Assembly (NCBI GenBank): GCA_903828635.1
Contig: CAIKMY010000220.1
Span: forward strand, 1-47,574
Direction: 5' to 3'
Length of the DNA: 47,574 nucleotides
Source of the DNA: an uncultured Acidobacteriota bacterium
Lineage (GTDB): Bacteria; Acidobacteriota; Blastocatellia; RBC074
The notes beneath the pieces are model-generated. The model worked only from the letters and a program-made list of their open reading frames with translations, was not told where the DNA came from and made no database searches. The translations under genes and the position numbers were made by a program. Of the stretch, positions 32,981 through 42,437 are shown in pieces. How positions within the stretch are numbered: the first letter of the stretch is position 1; every line of letters begins with the position of its first letter.

Positions 32981-34366
32981 TCATCGACTCGTCGACCTCC
33001 TCCCCAGCGAAAGAGAGATGGCGAAAATCAGAAAGATCAGCCTGAATGGTGAAGAGCCGAATGAGCCAAGCTCCTTCATCCCCGTCCAGAGAAAGGCGAC
33101 CATGCCGGCAATCACTCCGACAGCCATTGCCTGGCGCAATCGATCGGTCGAACGCAACACCCGCGCCGCGCTGACCATCGCCAGCAGCACAAGGCCAAGG
33201 AAAGAGAGCAGCGCCGGAATCCCCGACTCAGCCGCCGCATGGAGAAAAATATTGTGAACCGGCCAGTCGAAGTACTCGGTGACCAGCTCTTCCGTCTCGT
33301 CATAGCGGCGCATCTCGGCCTCATAATTGGCCAGCCCGACACCAAGCCACGGATTGTCACTGATCATTGCCCGGGCCACCTGCATCAGTGGAATTCGCAC
33401 CTCCACCGATCCGCGATCATCCTCCGTCAATCGCACATAGATCGACTCCGCAAATGGCGCACAGAGCGCGACAAGCAGCACCAGCAAGACTCCAAGCCGC
33501 AGGGCTGCCCGCTTTCGTCGTTCCGGGTCGGCGACAGAGAGCGCCAGCAGTGCCACCACCAGTGCCGCGACAATGAAGGCCAGCCACGATCCTCGCGAGT
33601 AGGTATTGATCAGAGCTGCCACTCCAAGCCCGGCCACGCCCCAGAGCAGCAGGCTCATCCATTTGTCGAATCGGCCCCCATCCAGCAGCAGCACCGCCAG
33701 CAGCAGTGGCAGGAATGTCACCAGGTACCAGGCGAAGTAGTTCGGATTGCCAAGGAAGCCCCCGGTACGCGCGATCTCCCCTTCAGCAATTGAATGGCTG
33801 GCCCCCTCACTGGCCACTCCAAGAAAGGTCCAGTCGGTGAAGAGCCCCCAGCCCGCCTGCAACATCGCCACCACGCTGTTGACGGCAATCGCTCCCGCCA
33901 GCGTCAGCAGCAACTGCCGTAGCGACCGGCGAGTGCGAAACTCTCTCGCCGCCACCGTGCAGGCCAGCAGCGTCACCCCATATCCCCACAAGGCGGTGAA
34001 ACCAACCCACTGATTACCGCTGCCAAGCACCGAGACCCCGCACCAGACAAGAATCGCGACGGCCAGTCCCGCGAAGAGTGGCGGCAGTGCCCACCCCTCC
34101 GCCTCTCCTTTCTGACCTTCAAGGAACTGAAGACCTGCCAGCAGCAGGCTCACCAGCAGCGTCAGCGAAATCGTCAACCCCGGTGGCGCGTCGTTGTAGC
34201 TCTCCTGCCGCCAGAGATTGAACTCCAGCTTGCAGGAGATGCTCGCCAGCAACGCAATTCTCAATATTGGGCGCAGCCCGCGGCCGGTGACTCCTTCCAG
34301 CCGGATCGTGATCAGCACAACCACCAGCAGCGCCAGTCCGATCAACACCGCCGGCATTCCGTTCAC
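32981..34366 (-). CDS. O-antigen ligase/polymerase (Wzy/O-antigen-ligase-like) family membrane protein
   Basis: 461 aa, more than 10 predicted TM helices, with a soluble loop (VRLTEDDRGSVEVRIPLMQVARAMISDNPWLGVGLANY) typical of the Wzy_C family. Confidence 0.65.
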   Translation of the reverse strand: MNGMPAVLIGLALLVVVLITIRLEGVTGRGLRPILRIALLASISCKLEFNLWRQESYNDAPPGLTISLTLLVSLLLAGLQFLEGQKGEAEGWALPPLFAGLAVAILVWCGVSVLGSGNQWVGFTALWGYGVTLLACTVAAREFRTRRSLRQLLLTLAGAIAVNSVVAMLQAGWGLFTDWTFLGVASEGASHSIAEGEIARTGGFLGNPNYFAWYLVTFLPLLLAVLLLDGGRFDKWMSLLLWGVAGLGVAALINTYSRGSWLAFIVAALVVALLALSVADPERRKRAALRLGVLLVLLVALCAPFAESIYVRLTEDDRGSVEVRIPLMQVARAMISDNPWLGVGLANYEAEMRRYDETEELVTEYFDWPVHNIFLHAAAESGIPALLSFLGLVLLAMVSAARVLRSTDRLRQAMAVGVIAGMVAFLWTGMKELGSFGSSPFRLIFLIFAISLSLGRRSTSR

Positions 34367-34400
34367 GCTCTGCCCTCCGCTTCACATCCCGCTCGCGGGA

Positions 34401-35831
34401 TCACATCGCCCCCCGGCCCCGCAACACCGCCGGAATCGTCAGCAACAGCAGCTTGAAGTCGAGCAGCAGCGACCAGCGATCGATGTACTCCAGATCCTGC
34501 TCGATCCACTTCCCGAATCCCGTCTCACTTCGCCCCGAGACCTGCCAGATGCAGGTAATCCCCGGCTTGACGCAAAAACGCCGATTGAAACGGTAATCGT
34601 CGAATCTCTCGAAATCGCGCAGGGGGAGCGGACGCGGCCCGACCAGTGAAAGGTCTCCCATCAGGACGTTGAAGAGCTGCGGCAGCTCGTCGAGACTCGT
34701 TCGTCGCAGAAACCGGCCGAGCGGGGTCACTCGCGGATCATGCCTGATTTTAAATACCGGCCCATCCGCCTCGTTCAGTGACTCCAGTTCCGTCTGGCGC
34801 TTCTCTGCGTCAACCACCATCGTCCGAAACTTGAAGATCCGAAAGGTTCGCTTCCCCAGACCGACCCGCTCCTGGACGAAGAATACCGGCCCCGGTGATG
34901 TCAGTTTCACCAGCAGCGCAATCATCAGCATGGCCGGCGCGCAGAAGATCAGCAGCACGAGCGCTCCCACCAGATCAACCCCCCCCTTCAATACCCGACG
35001 CCAGCTCAATGCCGGTCCGATGTAGTGCGTCAGCACCGGTATCCGATCCAGCTCCTCAGCGCGCGCCCGCGCCAGCCGCAGATCGAAGAGCAGTGAGTGA
35101 ATTCGCACGACAATCCCCTGCTCCTCCGTGATCCGAATGATCTCCCTGATCTGCTCGTAATAAGATTTGACCGGCAGGGCGATCAACACCTCATCGACGA
35201 CATGCCTGCTCAGAATAGCTGCCAGATCCTCCAGCCTGCCGATCGTCCCCGGGCGCGGCAGGTCATCGACAAACCCCAGCAGGTTGAAGCCCAGTTCCGG
35301 ATGATTCGCCAGCACCTCCGCCATCTCCTGTCCCCGCGGCCCCGAACCAACGATGATCACGTGCCGCAGATTGCGCCCGCGCAACCGCGCGCCGCGCAAC
35401 AGCCTTCGCTTCATCAACCGAAAGAGGAAGATCTGCCCCGTCGCCAGCAACCAGAAGGGCAGCAGCGCCTCATTCGTCACCCAATCCCTGCTCCAGACCA
35501 ACGAGACAATCGCCAGCGCCGCAGTACACGGAAAGAGAACTTTCATCGTCTCCAGCAATTCCTCACGCCACCCCACGAGGCGTCGTGTCCAGTACAATCC
35601 ATATGACGAGAGACACCAGGCCCAGCTGCCGATCAGCACCAGCAACAGCAACCAGTCCCGATCAAACCGACCGTGGAGAAGCGAAAGAATCAGCCCTCCC
35701 CACTGCCCGTGACCCCAGAAGACCTCCGCAGGGGAGACCGACCACGACGAGAACATCGAGGCGGAGCAGAGCATCACCACATCCAGCGCCTTCTGCGAAA
35801 ATGAGAGTGATGACCAGCGGAAGCGCCTCAT
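34401..35831 (-). CDS. Exopolysaccharide polyprenyl glycosylphosphotransferase (WcaJ/EpsB-type bacterial sugar transferase)
   Basis: N-terminal TM helices, a central Rossmann-like VIIVGSGPRG, and the C-terminal catalytic block PGPVFFVQERVG...DELPQLFNVLMGDLSLVGPRP. Confidence 0.85.
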   Translation of the reverse strand: MRRFRWSSLSFSQKALDVVMLCSASMFSSWSVSPAEVFWGHGQWGGLILSLLHGRFDRDWLLLLVLIGSWAWCLSSYGLYWTRRLVGWREELLETMKVLFPCTAALAIVSLVWSRDWVTNEALLPFWLLATGQIFLFRLMKRRLLRGARLRGRNLRHVIIVGSGPRGQEMAEVLANHPELGFNLLGFVDDLPRPGTIGRLEDLAAILSRHVVDEVLIALPVKSYYEQIREIIRITEEQGIVVRIHSLLFDLRLARARAEELDRIPVLTHYIGPALSWRRVLKGGVDLVGALVLLIFCAPAMLMIALLVKLTSPGPVFFVQERVGLGKRTFRIFKFRTMVVDAEKRQTELESLNEADGPVFKIRHDPRVTPLGRFLRRTSLDELPQLFNVLMGDLSLVGPRPLPLRDFERFDDYRFNRRFCVKPGITCIWQVSGRSETGFGKWIEQDLEYIDRWSLLLDFKLLLLTIPAVLRGRGAM

Positions 35832-37744
35832 GCCTGCGCCCCTTTCTCCGGCGCAGCCTGCTGCCCACCACCGCCAACCACCCCGGTGCCCGCTCCCCGC
35901 TGAAGCTCAGCGCTCGTGGCGGCGCTGCTGGTTGCCAGCAGCCGCTCGACCTCCTCCGGTGGCAACTGCCACCCCGAGACCTCCTTCAAAAAGAGTGAGA
36001 TCTCCCGTGGCAGCAACCCGTAGGCCCGGTGCAGGTACTCGACGGTACCGGCCAGCCTCGTGTTATCGATTGCTGCCGCCCCGTCTTCACCCGCTCCCTC
36101 AGTACCGGCCTCGATCACCTCACCCGAATCGGGATCCGGATCCGGATCCGGTGGTAACTTCGGCAACGGGAGTGCCCTCCGTCCCGACTCCAGTCCCGAT
36201 TCCGGCAGCAACCCGCGAGTCCCCGGCAATTGCCGTCTCTCCGCCCCCATCACCTCCGCCAACTGCCGGTCGTAGCTGAGGAACGGGTGGCTGTAGCGCC
36301 TCATCATCAGTTGCCGTCGTTCGAGGAAGGTAACAATCGCGACACTCAGCACCGTTCCAACCAGCAGCAGCAGCACCAGGTTGACCAGTGGCTTCGGACT
36401 GACCGGGCGATGATCGACCGTCGGCGGATCGGTCATTGTAATGTTGAGGATCCTCTCCCGATTGAGAGCGCTGGCGATCTCCGCCTCCTGCGTCTTCTTC
36501 CGGTAAAGCAGATAGGCCTCTTCACTCACCGCGTGCTCCCGCTCTATCTCCGTCCGCTCAATCGTCTGGCGATCAAGGTTGCCCACCGAGGCCTGATACC
36601 TCCCCGACAACTGGCCAAGCATCCGCTCCCGCTCACGCAGCGACTGCAGCTCTGCCCGCGCGGTCAGCAATTCGCCCGTTAATCGCCGGTGAAACTCGTT
36701 GAGCACCACCGTCGTCTCCTGCGGCGGTGCCGACTCCTCTCGCACCAACAGCTCGCGTGCCTGCGTCAGTCGCGCCTCGACATCTTTCACACTTCGATGA
36801 CCCGGTTGGAACTTCCGCAACATCTCTGTTCGCTGTAAATCGAGCGTGACAATCTCATCCTTGATCTTGTCCCTCGCCGCCACATACTTCGTGTGAACCT
36901 CCGATTGCACCCGCTCCGGCTGCGTCGCCAACTGCTGCTGCAATGTGGCTATCCGCTGCTCCGTCTCAAGAATGTCCGTTCGTGACTTCTCGTACTGCGC
37001 CCGCGCATCGTAAAACTGCCGCAATAGCATCTCCTTCTGCGCCGTGTTCGCCGCGATCCCGTAGCGCTCGTCAAACGATTTCAACCTCCCCGCAATCTCC
37101 TTCAGCCGATCCTTGAAAATCTCACTCTGCTCGCGAAAGACTCCTGCCGCCTTGTAATTCTTCAGCAGGTTGAGGTGGTGATCCGTATACTGCCGGTACA
37201 CCGCGTCGAGAATCCGTGCCGCTGCCTCCGGACTCTCATCCTCATAGACGGCCCGAATGATCCGCGACTTCTTGACCGAGTAGATCTCGAGACGATCGGC
37301 AATCGCCGCCACCATTTGCTCACGGGTATCGGGAGCCTGCTGCCGATGGAGGTTGCGGTAAAAGCCGGAAAAGGCGGCGCGGGCCCCGGCCAACAGCCCG
37401 CCGGTGCTGTCCGCGCCACGCTTCTCCAGCGCCAGACTGGTGACCACCCCCTCGATCACCGCCCGGCTTCTCAATATCTCCAGCTCCGAATTGAACTCCT
37501 CGTCCGTAAACTCCGGCCGATAGGACTCGGTGCTGTTGTCCGGCGATACTCGCGGATCCACTCTGTCCCGCGAAATCAGAATCCTGATCTCCGAACGATA
37601 GGTCGGTGGCTGCATCAGCGTCAGCGCCATCCCCACCCCTGTTACCCCCGCGAGAATTCCCAGCAACAGCCGCTTGCGCCGGCTCAGGACTACCAACAGA
37701 TCGACCGCATTGATCGCACGAGCTCTCACGTTGCTTCTCCTCAA
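35828..37744 (-). CDS. GumC/Wzz-type polysaccharide co-polymerase (chain-length determinant) with an unusual 164-aa C-terminal tail and no kinase domain
   Basis: TM1 LLLGILAGVTGVGMALTL, a long coiled-coil periplasmic region, TM2 LVNLVLLLLVGTVLSVAIVTFL, then a tail without a Walker A motif. Confidence 0.75.
   Translation of the reverse strand: MRRSNVRARAINAVDLLVVLSRRKRLLLGILAGVTGVGMALTLMQPPTYRSEIRILISRDRVDPRVSPDNSTESYRPEFTDEEFNSELEILRSRAVIEGVVTSLALEKRGADSTGGLLAGARAAFSGFYRNLHRQQAPDTREQMVAAIADRLEIYSVKKSRIIRAVYEDESPEAAARILDAVYRQYTDHHLNLLKNYKAAGVFREQSEIFKDRLKEIAGRLKSFDERYGIAANTAQKEMLLRQFYDARAQYEKSRTDILETEQRIATLQQQLATQPERVQSEVHTKYVAARDKIKDEIVTLDLQRTEMLRKFQPGHRSVKDVEARLTQARELLVREESAPPQETTVVLNEFHRRLTGELLTARAELQSLRERERMLGQLSGRYQASVGNLDRQTIERTEIEREHAVSEEAYLLYRKKTQEAEIASALNRERILNITMTDPPTVDHRPVSPKPLVNLVLLLLVGTVLSVAIVTFLERRQLMMRRYSHPFLSYDRQLAEVMGAERRQLPGTRGLLPESGLESGRRALPLPKLPPDPDPDPDSGEVIEAGTEGAGEDGAAAIDNTRLAGTVEYLHRAYGLLPREISLFLKEVSGWQLPPEEVERLLATSSAATSAELQRGAGTGVVGGGGQQAAPEKGAQA
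36132..36149 (-). repeat. (GGATCC)x3 palindromic hexamer repeat inside the GumC-like tail (encodes PDPDPD)
   Basis: Three contiguous GGATCC units at 36132-37, 36138-43 and 36144-49. Confidence 0.9.
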
Positions 37745-38427
37745 TATCGAAGACCAATCCCAAAGCTCGGGATGAACGAACGGAAGACCTCGATCACCCT
37801 CGTCCCCTTCGACAACTTCGAGTCCGGCACAAAGATGTAATCGCCATCCTGCAGCGCCAGATCCTGCCTGATCGGCTTTGAAAGCATCGCCATCACATTG
37901 CAGTTGGTGTAAACCATCTCGCCGTTCCCCTGCGGCCGCGCGTGCAGCACCATCTTGCGATTGGCCAGATTGGTGAAGCCACCGGCGAGAAAGATCATCT
38001 GGATCAGCGTCTTTCCCGAACGCAGATCGTAGCTTCCCGGCTTGCCGACCTGCCCGCCGATGTAGACCCGCGGCGGAACAAACTCTGTGATGTTGACCGT
38101 CACCGCCGGATCGAGCAGATGGTCGCGATAGGCCTTCTCGATCGATGTCTGCAACTCCTTCACCGTCCGGCCCGCCGCCGACAGATCGCCAATCTGCAGC
38201 AGACCGATCGATCCGTCAGGACGCACCTGCACCGTCTCCAGGCTGTATTCCGGCTGATACGGAAACCTGACATTCAGCTTGTCGCCAATCCGGATGCGGT
38301 ATCGCTGCAGCTCAGTGCCGCCCTCGACTGGCAGATCCTGCCCATAAACACTGCCCGCGCCGATAACCAGCAGCATCGGCACCAGCAGTCTGCATCGCTT
38401 CAACCATGCGAGTAATCTCAATGACAT
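37741..38427 (-). CDS. Wza-like polysaccharide export protein (Poly_export + SLBB), first gene of the EPS operon
   Basis: Signal peptide LLVPMLLVIGAGSVYGQ, the YRIRIGDKLNVRF Poly_export block and a later SLBB-like GDYIFVP. 4-nt overlap with the next gene. Confidence 0.75.
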   Translation of the reverse strand: MSLRLLAWLKRCRLLVPMLLVIGAGSVYGQDLPVEGGTELQRYRIRIGDKLNVRFPYQPEYSLETVQVRPDGSIGLLQIGDLSAAGRTVKELQTSIEKAYRDHLLDPAVTVNITEFVPPRVYIGGQVGKPGSYDLRSGKTLIQMIFLAGGFTNLANRKMVLHARPQGNGEMVYTNCNVMAMLSKPIRQDLALQDGDYIFVPDSKLSKGTRVIEVFRSFIPSFGIGLRY

Positions 38428-38685
38428 GGCCTCCCCTCCCGTCGCTCGGTGATAATCAATGGCCTGCCCCGGACACCCCTGACATCATCGATGCCGGGGC
38501 CGGGACTGACTGGAAGATACCGGGAATTGTGCGGGCAGGCATCGTCAAAATTGACCATTTTCGGGTCGACGATTCTGGCTTATTTGTCGTAGTGGCAGAC
38601 TCTGGAAGGTATGGATGATATGGACGATAAAGACTACTGACCAGGCGACAGCACGGCCGTTTTTTCCACTGGTCGGTAATCTTTA

Positions 38686-39582
38686 TTACCCATTGGCGAT
38701 GATCCCCATCAGGGACTCTTCATCGAGGAAATAGACCTGATTGCAGAAATGGCAGGTCAATTCAGCGCCGCGATCCTTGTCGAGCATATCGGTGACCTCC
38801 TCTTTGCCAAGAGCGGTGACAATGGCAATGGCGCGATCGTATGAGCATTTGCACTCAAAGGCGACAGGCCGTCGATTGAGCACGGTGAAGGGGAGATCAC
38901 CGAGAGCTTCGAGAAGCATCAGTTCAGCGGAACCGCCGCGGCGAATCGAGTCGGTAACGTGAGGGGCCACGGCAAGACGGGCTTCGAGGGCAGAGATGGC
39001 ATCTTCATCAGCGCCGGGTATCACCTGGATGATGTAGCCACCGGCGGCGGTCACCTGCTCACCTTCGCCATCGACGAAGACACCGAGCGCCACCGCTGAG
39101 TTGATCTGCTCCGAGGTGGCGAGGTAGTGGGTCAGATCTTCAGCGATCTCTCCGGAAACCAGGGGCACTGAGCCCTGGTAAGGCTCCTTGACGAAACCAA
39201 TCTCCGCACCGGCCTCGCGAATGACATGGAGCATCCCCGGACCGACGAGTGCCCCCACATCGAGCTTTCCGCGTGAACTGAGCGGCACATCGGCACCGGG
39301 ATTGCGAACATAGCCGCGAACGGTTCCCCGCGAATTGGCCTCGGCGACGATCCCGCCAATCGGTCCCTTGCAGACGAAACGCACCGTCACATATTCAAGG
39401 TCCTTGAAGCTGGCGCCAAGCAGCAGCGTTCCACTCAGCGCCCGCCCGAGTGCCGCTGAGGCCGTCGGTGAGGTTCGATGACGGCGGCAGGCCTCGGCCG
39501 CCAGTTCGGTCGTCACCGCCGCGAGGATCCTGAAGCTGCCGTCATTACTGGCTGCCTGAATCAGATGGTCATCTTGTCGCAT
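38686..39582 (-). CDS. hslO: Hsp33 redox-regulated chaperone
   Basis: ORF 38686..39735. Start moved to ATG 39582 (MRQDDHLIQAAS). C-terminal zinc centre CKCSYDR...CHFCNQVY. Confidence 0.85.
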   Translation of the reverse strand: MRQDDHLIQAASNDGSFRILAAVTTELAAEACRRHRTSPTASAALGRALSGTLLLGASFKDLEYVTVRFVCKGPIGGIVAEANSRGTVRGYVRNPGADVPLSSRGKLDVGALVGPGMLHVIREAGAEIGFVKEPYQGSVPLVSGEIAEDLTHYLATSEQINSAVALGVFVDGEGEQVTAAGGYIIQVIPGADEDAISALEARLAVAPHVTDSIRRGGSAELMLLEALGDLPFTVLNRRPVAFECKCSYDRAIAIVTALGKEEVTDMLDKDRGAELTCHFCNQVYFLDEESLMGIIANG

Positions 39583-41293
39583 AACGCCTCTCCCCCTCTT
39601 CGTTTCGACGTGCCCGCAGCAGCAGCAGGTCGCAGCGTGGTGAGCATTTAACTGCTCCACGCTGCTCTCCCAGGTCCTCGACCCGGAGCAACGGACTCGA
39701 TCGCACCACGGATGCCCACTGTCGCTGCGAGGCAACGAGGATGCTTTCGCCGCCGTTGGCCTCGATCAATGGCACAATCTGCTCCGGACTCATCGCCGTC
39801 ACAAAGTATGCCTTGTCATCCCGCAGCGGCAGATCGGTCGCATAGTAGTTCAGCCGATGATTCGAGTTGATGAAAAATACCAGGCGCTCACCCGGCCGTG
39901 CCTGGCGCGTTGCCAGTTCTCCCAGTGCCCGGAGCGACTCACGCTCCGCCAGCACCGGGGTCAGGAGGTTGACCAGCGCCACCACCACAAAGGCAAAACC
40001 GAATGGCAGAAACCTTGTTGCCGCGCGCAGGTTCAGCAAAAACCAGACCATCATCCAGACGATGGCCACCAGAATCGCCGTGCCCCCCAGTCGAAAAGAG
40101 GTAAAGATCTCGATGCCCATCTCGCGCGGTCCGCGCAACGCCAGAAAGACGCCGACCAGAAAGATCGCCACCGCCGTCAGTGTCACCGCGACCACCTCTC
40201 GCCGTGACGGGCTGGCGTTCTCCCACCACTCATCGAGCTGCAACGCCACCAGCATCGCCAGCGCCGGAAAGACCGGCATAATGTAGCCCGGCAGCTTCGA
40301 GCCTGAGAACGAGAAGAAGATCACCGGCACTGCCGCCCAAAGCCAGACAAAGATTTCAAAGCGATGCACAAGCAGCTGGCCCCGCCTGCTCCAGAGGCCT
40401 CCCAGTCGCGCCAGCAGCACGAAACTCCACGGGAAGGTCCCGGCCACCGCAATCGCCGCGAAAAACCATCCCGGTTGCGGATGACGGTAGCGATCCGTCA
40501 GGTAACGCTGGAAATGATGGGCAATGAAAAACTCATCGACAAAGCCCCTCCCGTGACGCGCCAGCATCGGCCCGTACCAGACTGCCGCTGTCGCCAGAAA
40601 GATTGCCACTCCGATCAGCAATCCGGCGAGATTCAATCCGGCGAGATTCAATCCAGGTGGTCGCAGGATCGCCCTCAGCCCTCCCGTCAGCAGAAGGTAG
40701 AGCCCGATGATCATCAGCGGCAGCAGCACTCCGACCAGTCCCTTGGCGAGAACTCCCAGCCCAAGCCCGAACCAGAAGATCCCCCACAGCAGCTTCCGCC
40801 TCCAACCTTCCGCGGCGGCATCCCACAACAAAAAGGCGAGCAGCGCCAGCTCGATCGAGACCGCCAGCGGCAGATCGAAGGTCGCCACCCGTCCAAAGGC
40901 CAGCCAGATTCCCGAACTTGCCAACACTGAGCCACTCAGATAACCGAAACGTGCCGAACGCAGCCGGGCCCCGGCAAAGTAGAGCATCACCACACCCAGT
41001 GCCGCGAAGAGCGCAATTCCCACCCTCGCAGCAAACTCCGAGTCACCAATCACCCGGTAACCGATCGCCGACAGCCAATACGTCAGTGCCGGTTTCTCGA
41101 ACCATTCGATCCCCGCCAGCCGCGGCGTGATCCAGTCTCCGCTCCTGACCATCGAACGGGCGATCTCGGCGTAACGCGGCTCGTCCGGACCAATCAGCGG
41201 CAATCGCCACAGCCCGTAAAACAGTGTCACCGCGCAAAGTATCCCCAGCGCCGCAAGGTGGGATCGCTCGTACTTCTTCTCTTGATCGGTCAT
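39569..41293 (-). CDS. ArnT/PMT-like (GT83/GT39-type) lipid-carrier-dependent membrane glycosyltransferase
   Basis: 574 aa, many TM helices. The N-terminal loop motif GPDEPRYAEIARSM is typical of the family. The stop overlaps the hslO start by 14 nt. Confidence 0.75.
   Translation of the reverse strand: MTDQEKKYERSHLAALGILCAVTLFYGLWRLPLIGPDEPRYAEIARSMVRSGDWITPRLAGIEWFEKPALTYWLSAIGYRVIGDSEFAARVGIALFAALGVVMLYFAGARLRSARFGYLSGSVLASSGIWLAFGRVATFDLPLAVSIELALLAFLLWDAAAEGWRRKLLWGIFWFGLGLGVLAKGLVGVLLPLMIIGLYLLLTGGLRAILRPPGLNLAGLNLAGLLIGVAIFLATAAVWYGPMLARHGRGFVDEFFIAHHFQRYLTDRYRHPQPGWFFAAIAVAGTFPWSFVLLARLGGLWSRRGQLLVHRFEIFVWLWAAVPVIFFSFSGSKLPGYIMPVFPALAMLVALQLDEWWENASPSRREVVAVTLTAVAIFLVGVFLALRGPREMGIEIFTSFRLGGTAILVAIVWMMVWFLLNLRAATRFLPFGFAFVVVALVNLLTPVLAERESLRALGELATRQARPGERLVFFINSNHRLNYYATDLPLRDDKAYFVTAMSPEQIVPLIEANGGESILVASQRQWASVVRSSPLLRVEDLGEQRGAVKCSPRCDLLLLRARRNEEGERRYATR
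40621..40654 (-). repeat. In-frame 15-bp tandem duplication in the ArnT-like gene (encodes GLNLA-GLNLA)
   Basis: + strand ATCCGGCGAGATTCA at 40621-35 and 40636-50, plus a 4-nt partial copy. Confidence 0.9.
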
Positions 41294-41301
41294 GATCTCT
41301 G

Positions 41302-41330
41302 GTCTGAAAGTCTGTCAGTCTGATAGTCTG
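41302..41330. repeat. Four GTCTG pentamers at exact 8-bp spacing (GTCTGNNN x4) directly upstream of the ArnT-like start codon
   Basis: GTCTG at 41302, 41310, 41318 and 41326. On the coding (-) strand this reads CAGAC x4 and ends 8 nt before the ATG at 41293. Confidence 0.9.
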
Positions 41331-41441
41331 TTATTCTTTTGAGCTCGCAACCCGTTTGCAACACCGAGAGGCGGAGCCTCAAACTGTTTTTTATACCATC
41401 CGGGAGACGAAAGAAGAAACGCAGGAGGGAGAGCATCAGTA

Positions 41442-42413
41442 ATGGAGAAGAGGATCAGGACCGCGGTGATCGGGGTTGGACACCTCGGACGTGAGCATGC
41501 CCGGATCATGGCATCGCTTGAACAAAGCGAACTGATCGCGGTCTGTGACACCAATGAGACCGCGGGAAAGGCAATTGCTGAAAAGTTTGGTGTCGCCTAC
41601 GTCGCTGATTATCGCGAGATCCTCGGCAAAGTCGAGGCGGTCAGCGTTGCCACGCCAACGATCAATCACCACCAGACCGTCATCGGCTGCCTCGCTGCCG
41701 GCATCCACGTGCTGGTTGAAAAACCGATCGCCCATACCCTCAGCGAGGCCGACGAGATGATCGCCCTCGCACACGAGCGGGGGCTGACACTCCAGGTCGG
41801 CCACATCGAGCGCTTCAACCCGGCATTCCGTGCCCTGCAGGAGCAACTGTCGCGCCCGCGCTTCTTTGAGGCACACCGCATGGGCATCTTCTCGCCACGC
41901 TCACTCGATATCGATGTCGTCATGGATCTGATGGTTCACGAACTCGACATCATCGCCTCACTTGTCAATCAGGAGGTCGTCCGGGTCGATGCCGTCGGCA
42001 TCCCCATCCTTACCCAGAAGATTGACATGGCCAACGCCCGCATCGAGTTCGCCGATGGCTGCATCGCCAACATCACTGCCAGCCGCGTCTCCGGCGAGCG
42101 ACTTCGCAAACTGCGAGTCTTCCAACCCAACGAATACTACTCGCTCGATTATGCCGAACAGCAGGTCATGGTCTGCCGGCTGATCCCCTCGGAAAATCCG
42201 ACGGCTCTGCCCAATATCATTGCTGGCGGCCTTGAAATCACCCGACGCGAGCCACTCGCCGCCGAGATCGAGTCGTTCCTCGATGCTATCGCCGCCGGTA
42301 CGCCTCCAATCGTCACCGGTGAGGATGGCCGCCGCGCGCTCAAGCTGGCCACCGATGTGTTGCAGAGCATCGCCGCTCACTCCACACGCGCCGGTATCAC
42401 TTTCAAATCATAA
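41442..42413 (+). CDS. Gfo/Idh/MocA-family NAD(P)-dependent oxidoreductase
   Basis: AGGAGGGA Shine-Dalgarno upstream. Rossmann segment AVIGVGHLGREH and the EKP motif VLVEKPIA. Confidence 0.85.
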   Translation: MEKRIRTAVIGVGHLGREHARIMASLEQSELIAVCDTNETAGKAIAEKFGVAYVADYREILGKVEAVSVATPTINHHQTVIGCLAAGIHVLVEKPIAHTLSEADEMIALAHERGLTLQVGHIERFNPAFRALQEQLSRPRFFEAHRMGIFSPRSLDIDVVMDLMVHELDIIASLVNQEVVRVDAVGIPILTQKIDMANARIEFADGCIANITASRVSGERLRKLRVFQPNEYYSLDYAEQQVMVCRLIPSENPTALPNIIAGGLEITRREPLAAEIESFLDAIAAGTPPIVTGEDGRRALKLATDVLQSIAAHSTRAGITFKS

Positions 42414-42437
42414 TTGCAATAATCGGGCATCAGAACT

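Noticed and set aside
24267-38427. Calling the EPS operon a PEP-CTERM/exosortase locus
   Set aside because: Several associated families are plausible, but no exosortase (EpsH) gene and no PEP-CTERM protein gene is present in the window. The label is left as a hypothesis to test.
38428-38685. Promoter (sigma-70 or sigma-54) and hslO terminator in the region upstream of the EPS operon
   Set aside because: Only weak matches were seen: a TGG-N-TTGA arrangement with wrong spacing, and a 4-bp ACGG/CCGT stem followed by T6 on the + strand. This is not enough to annotate.
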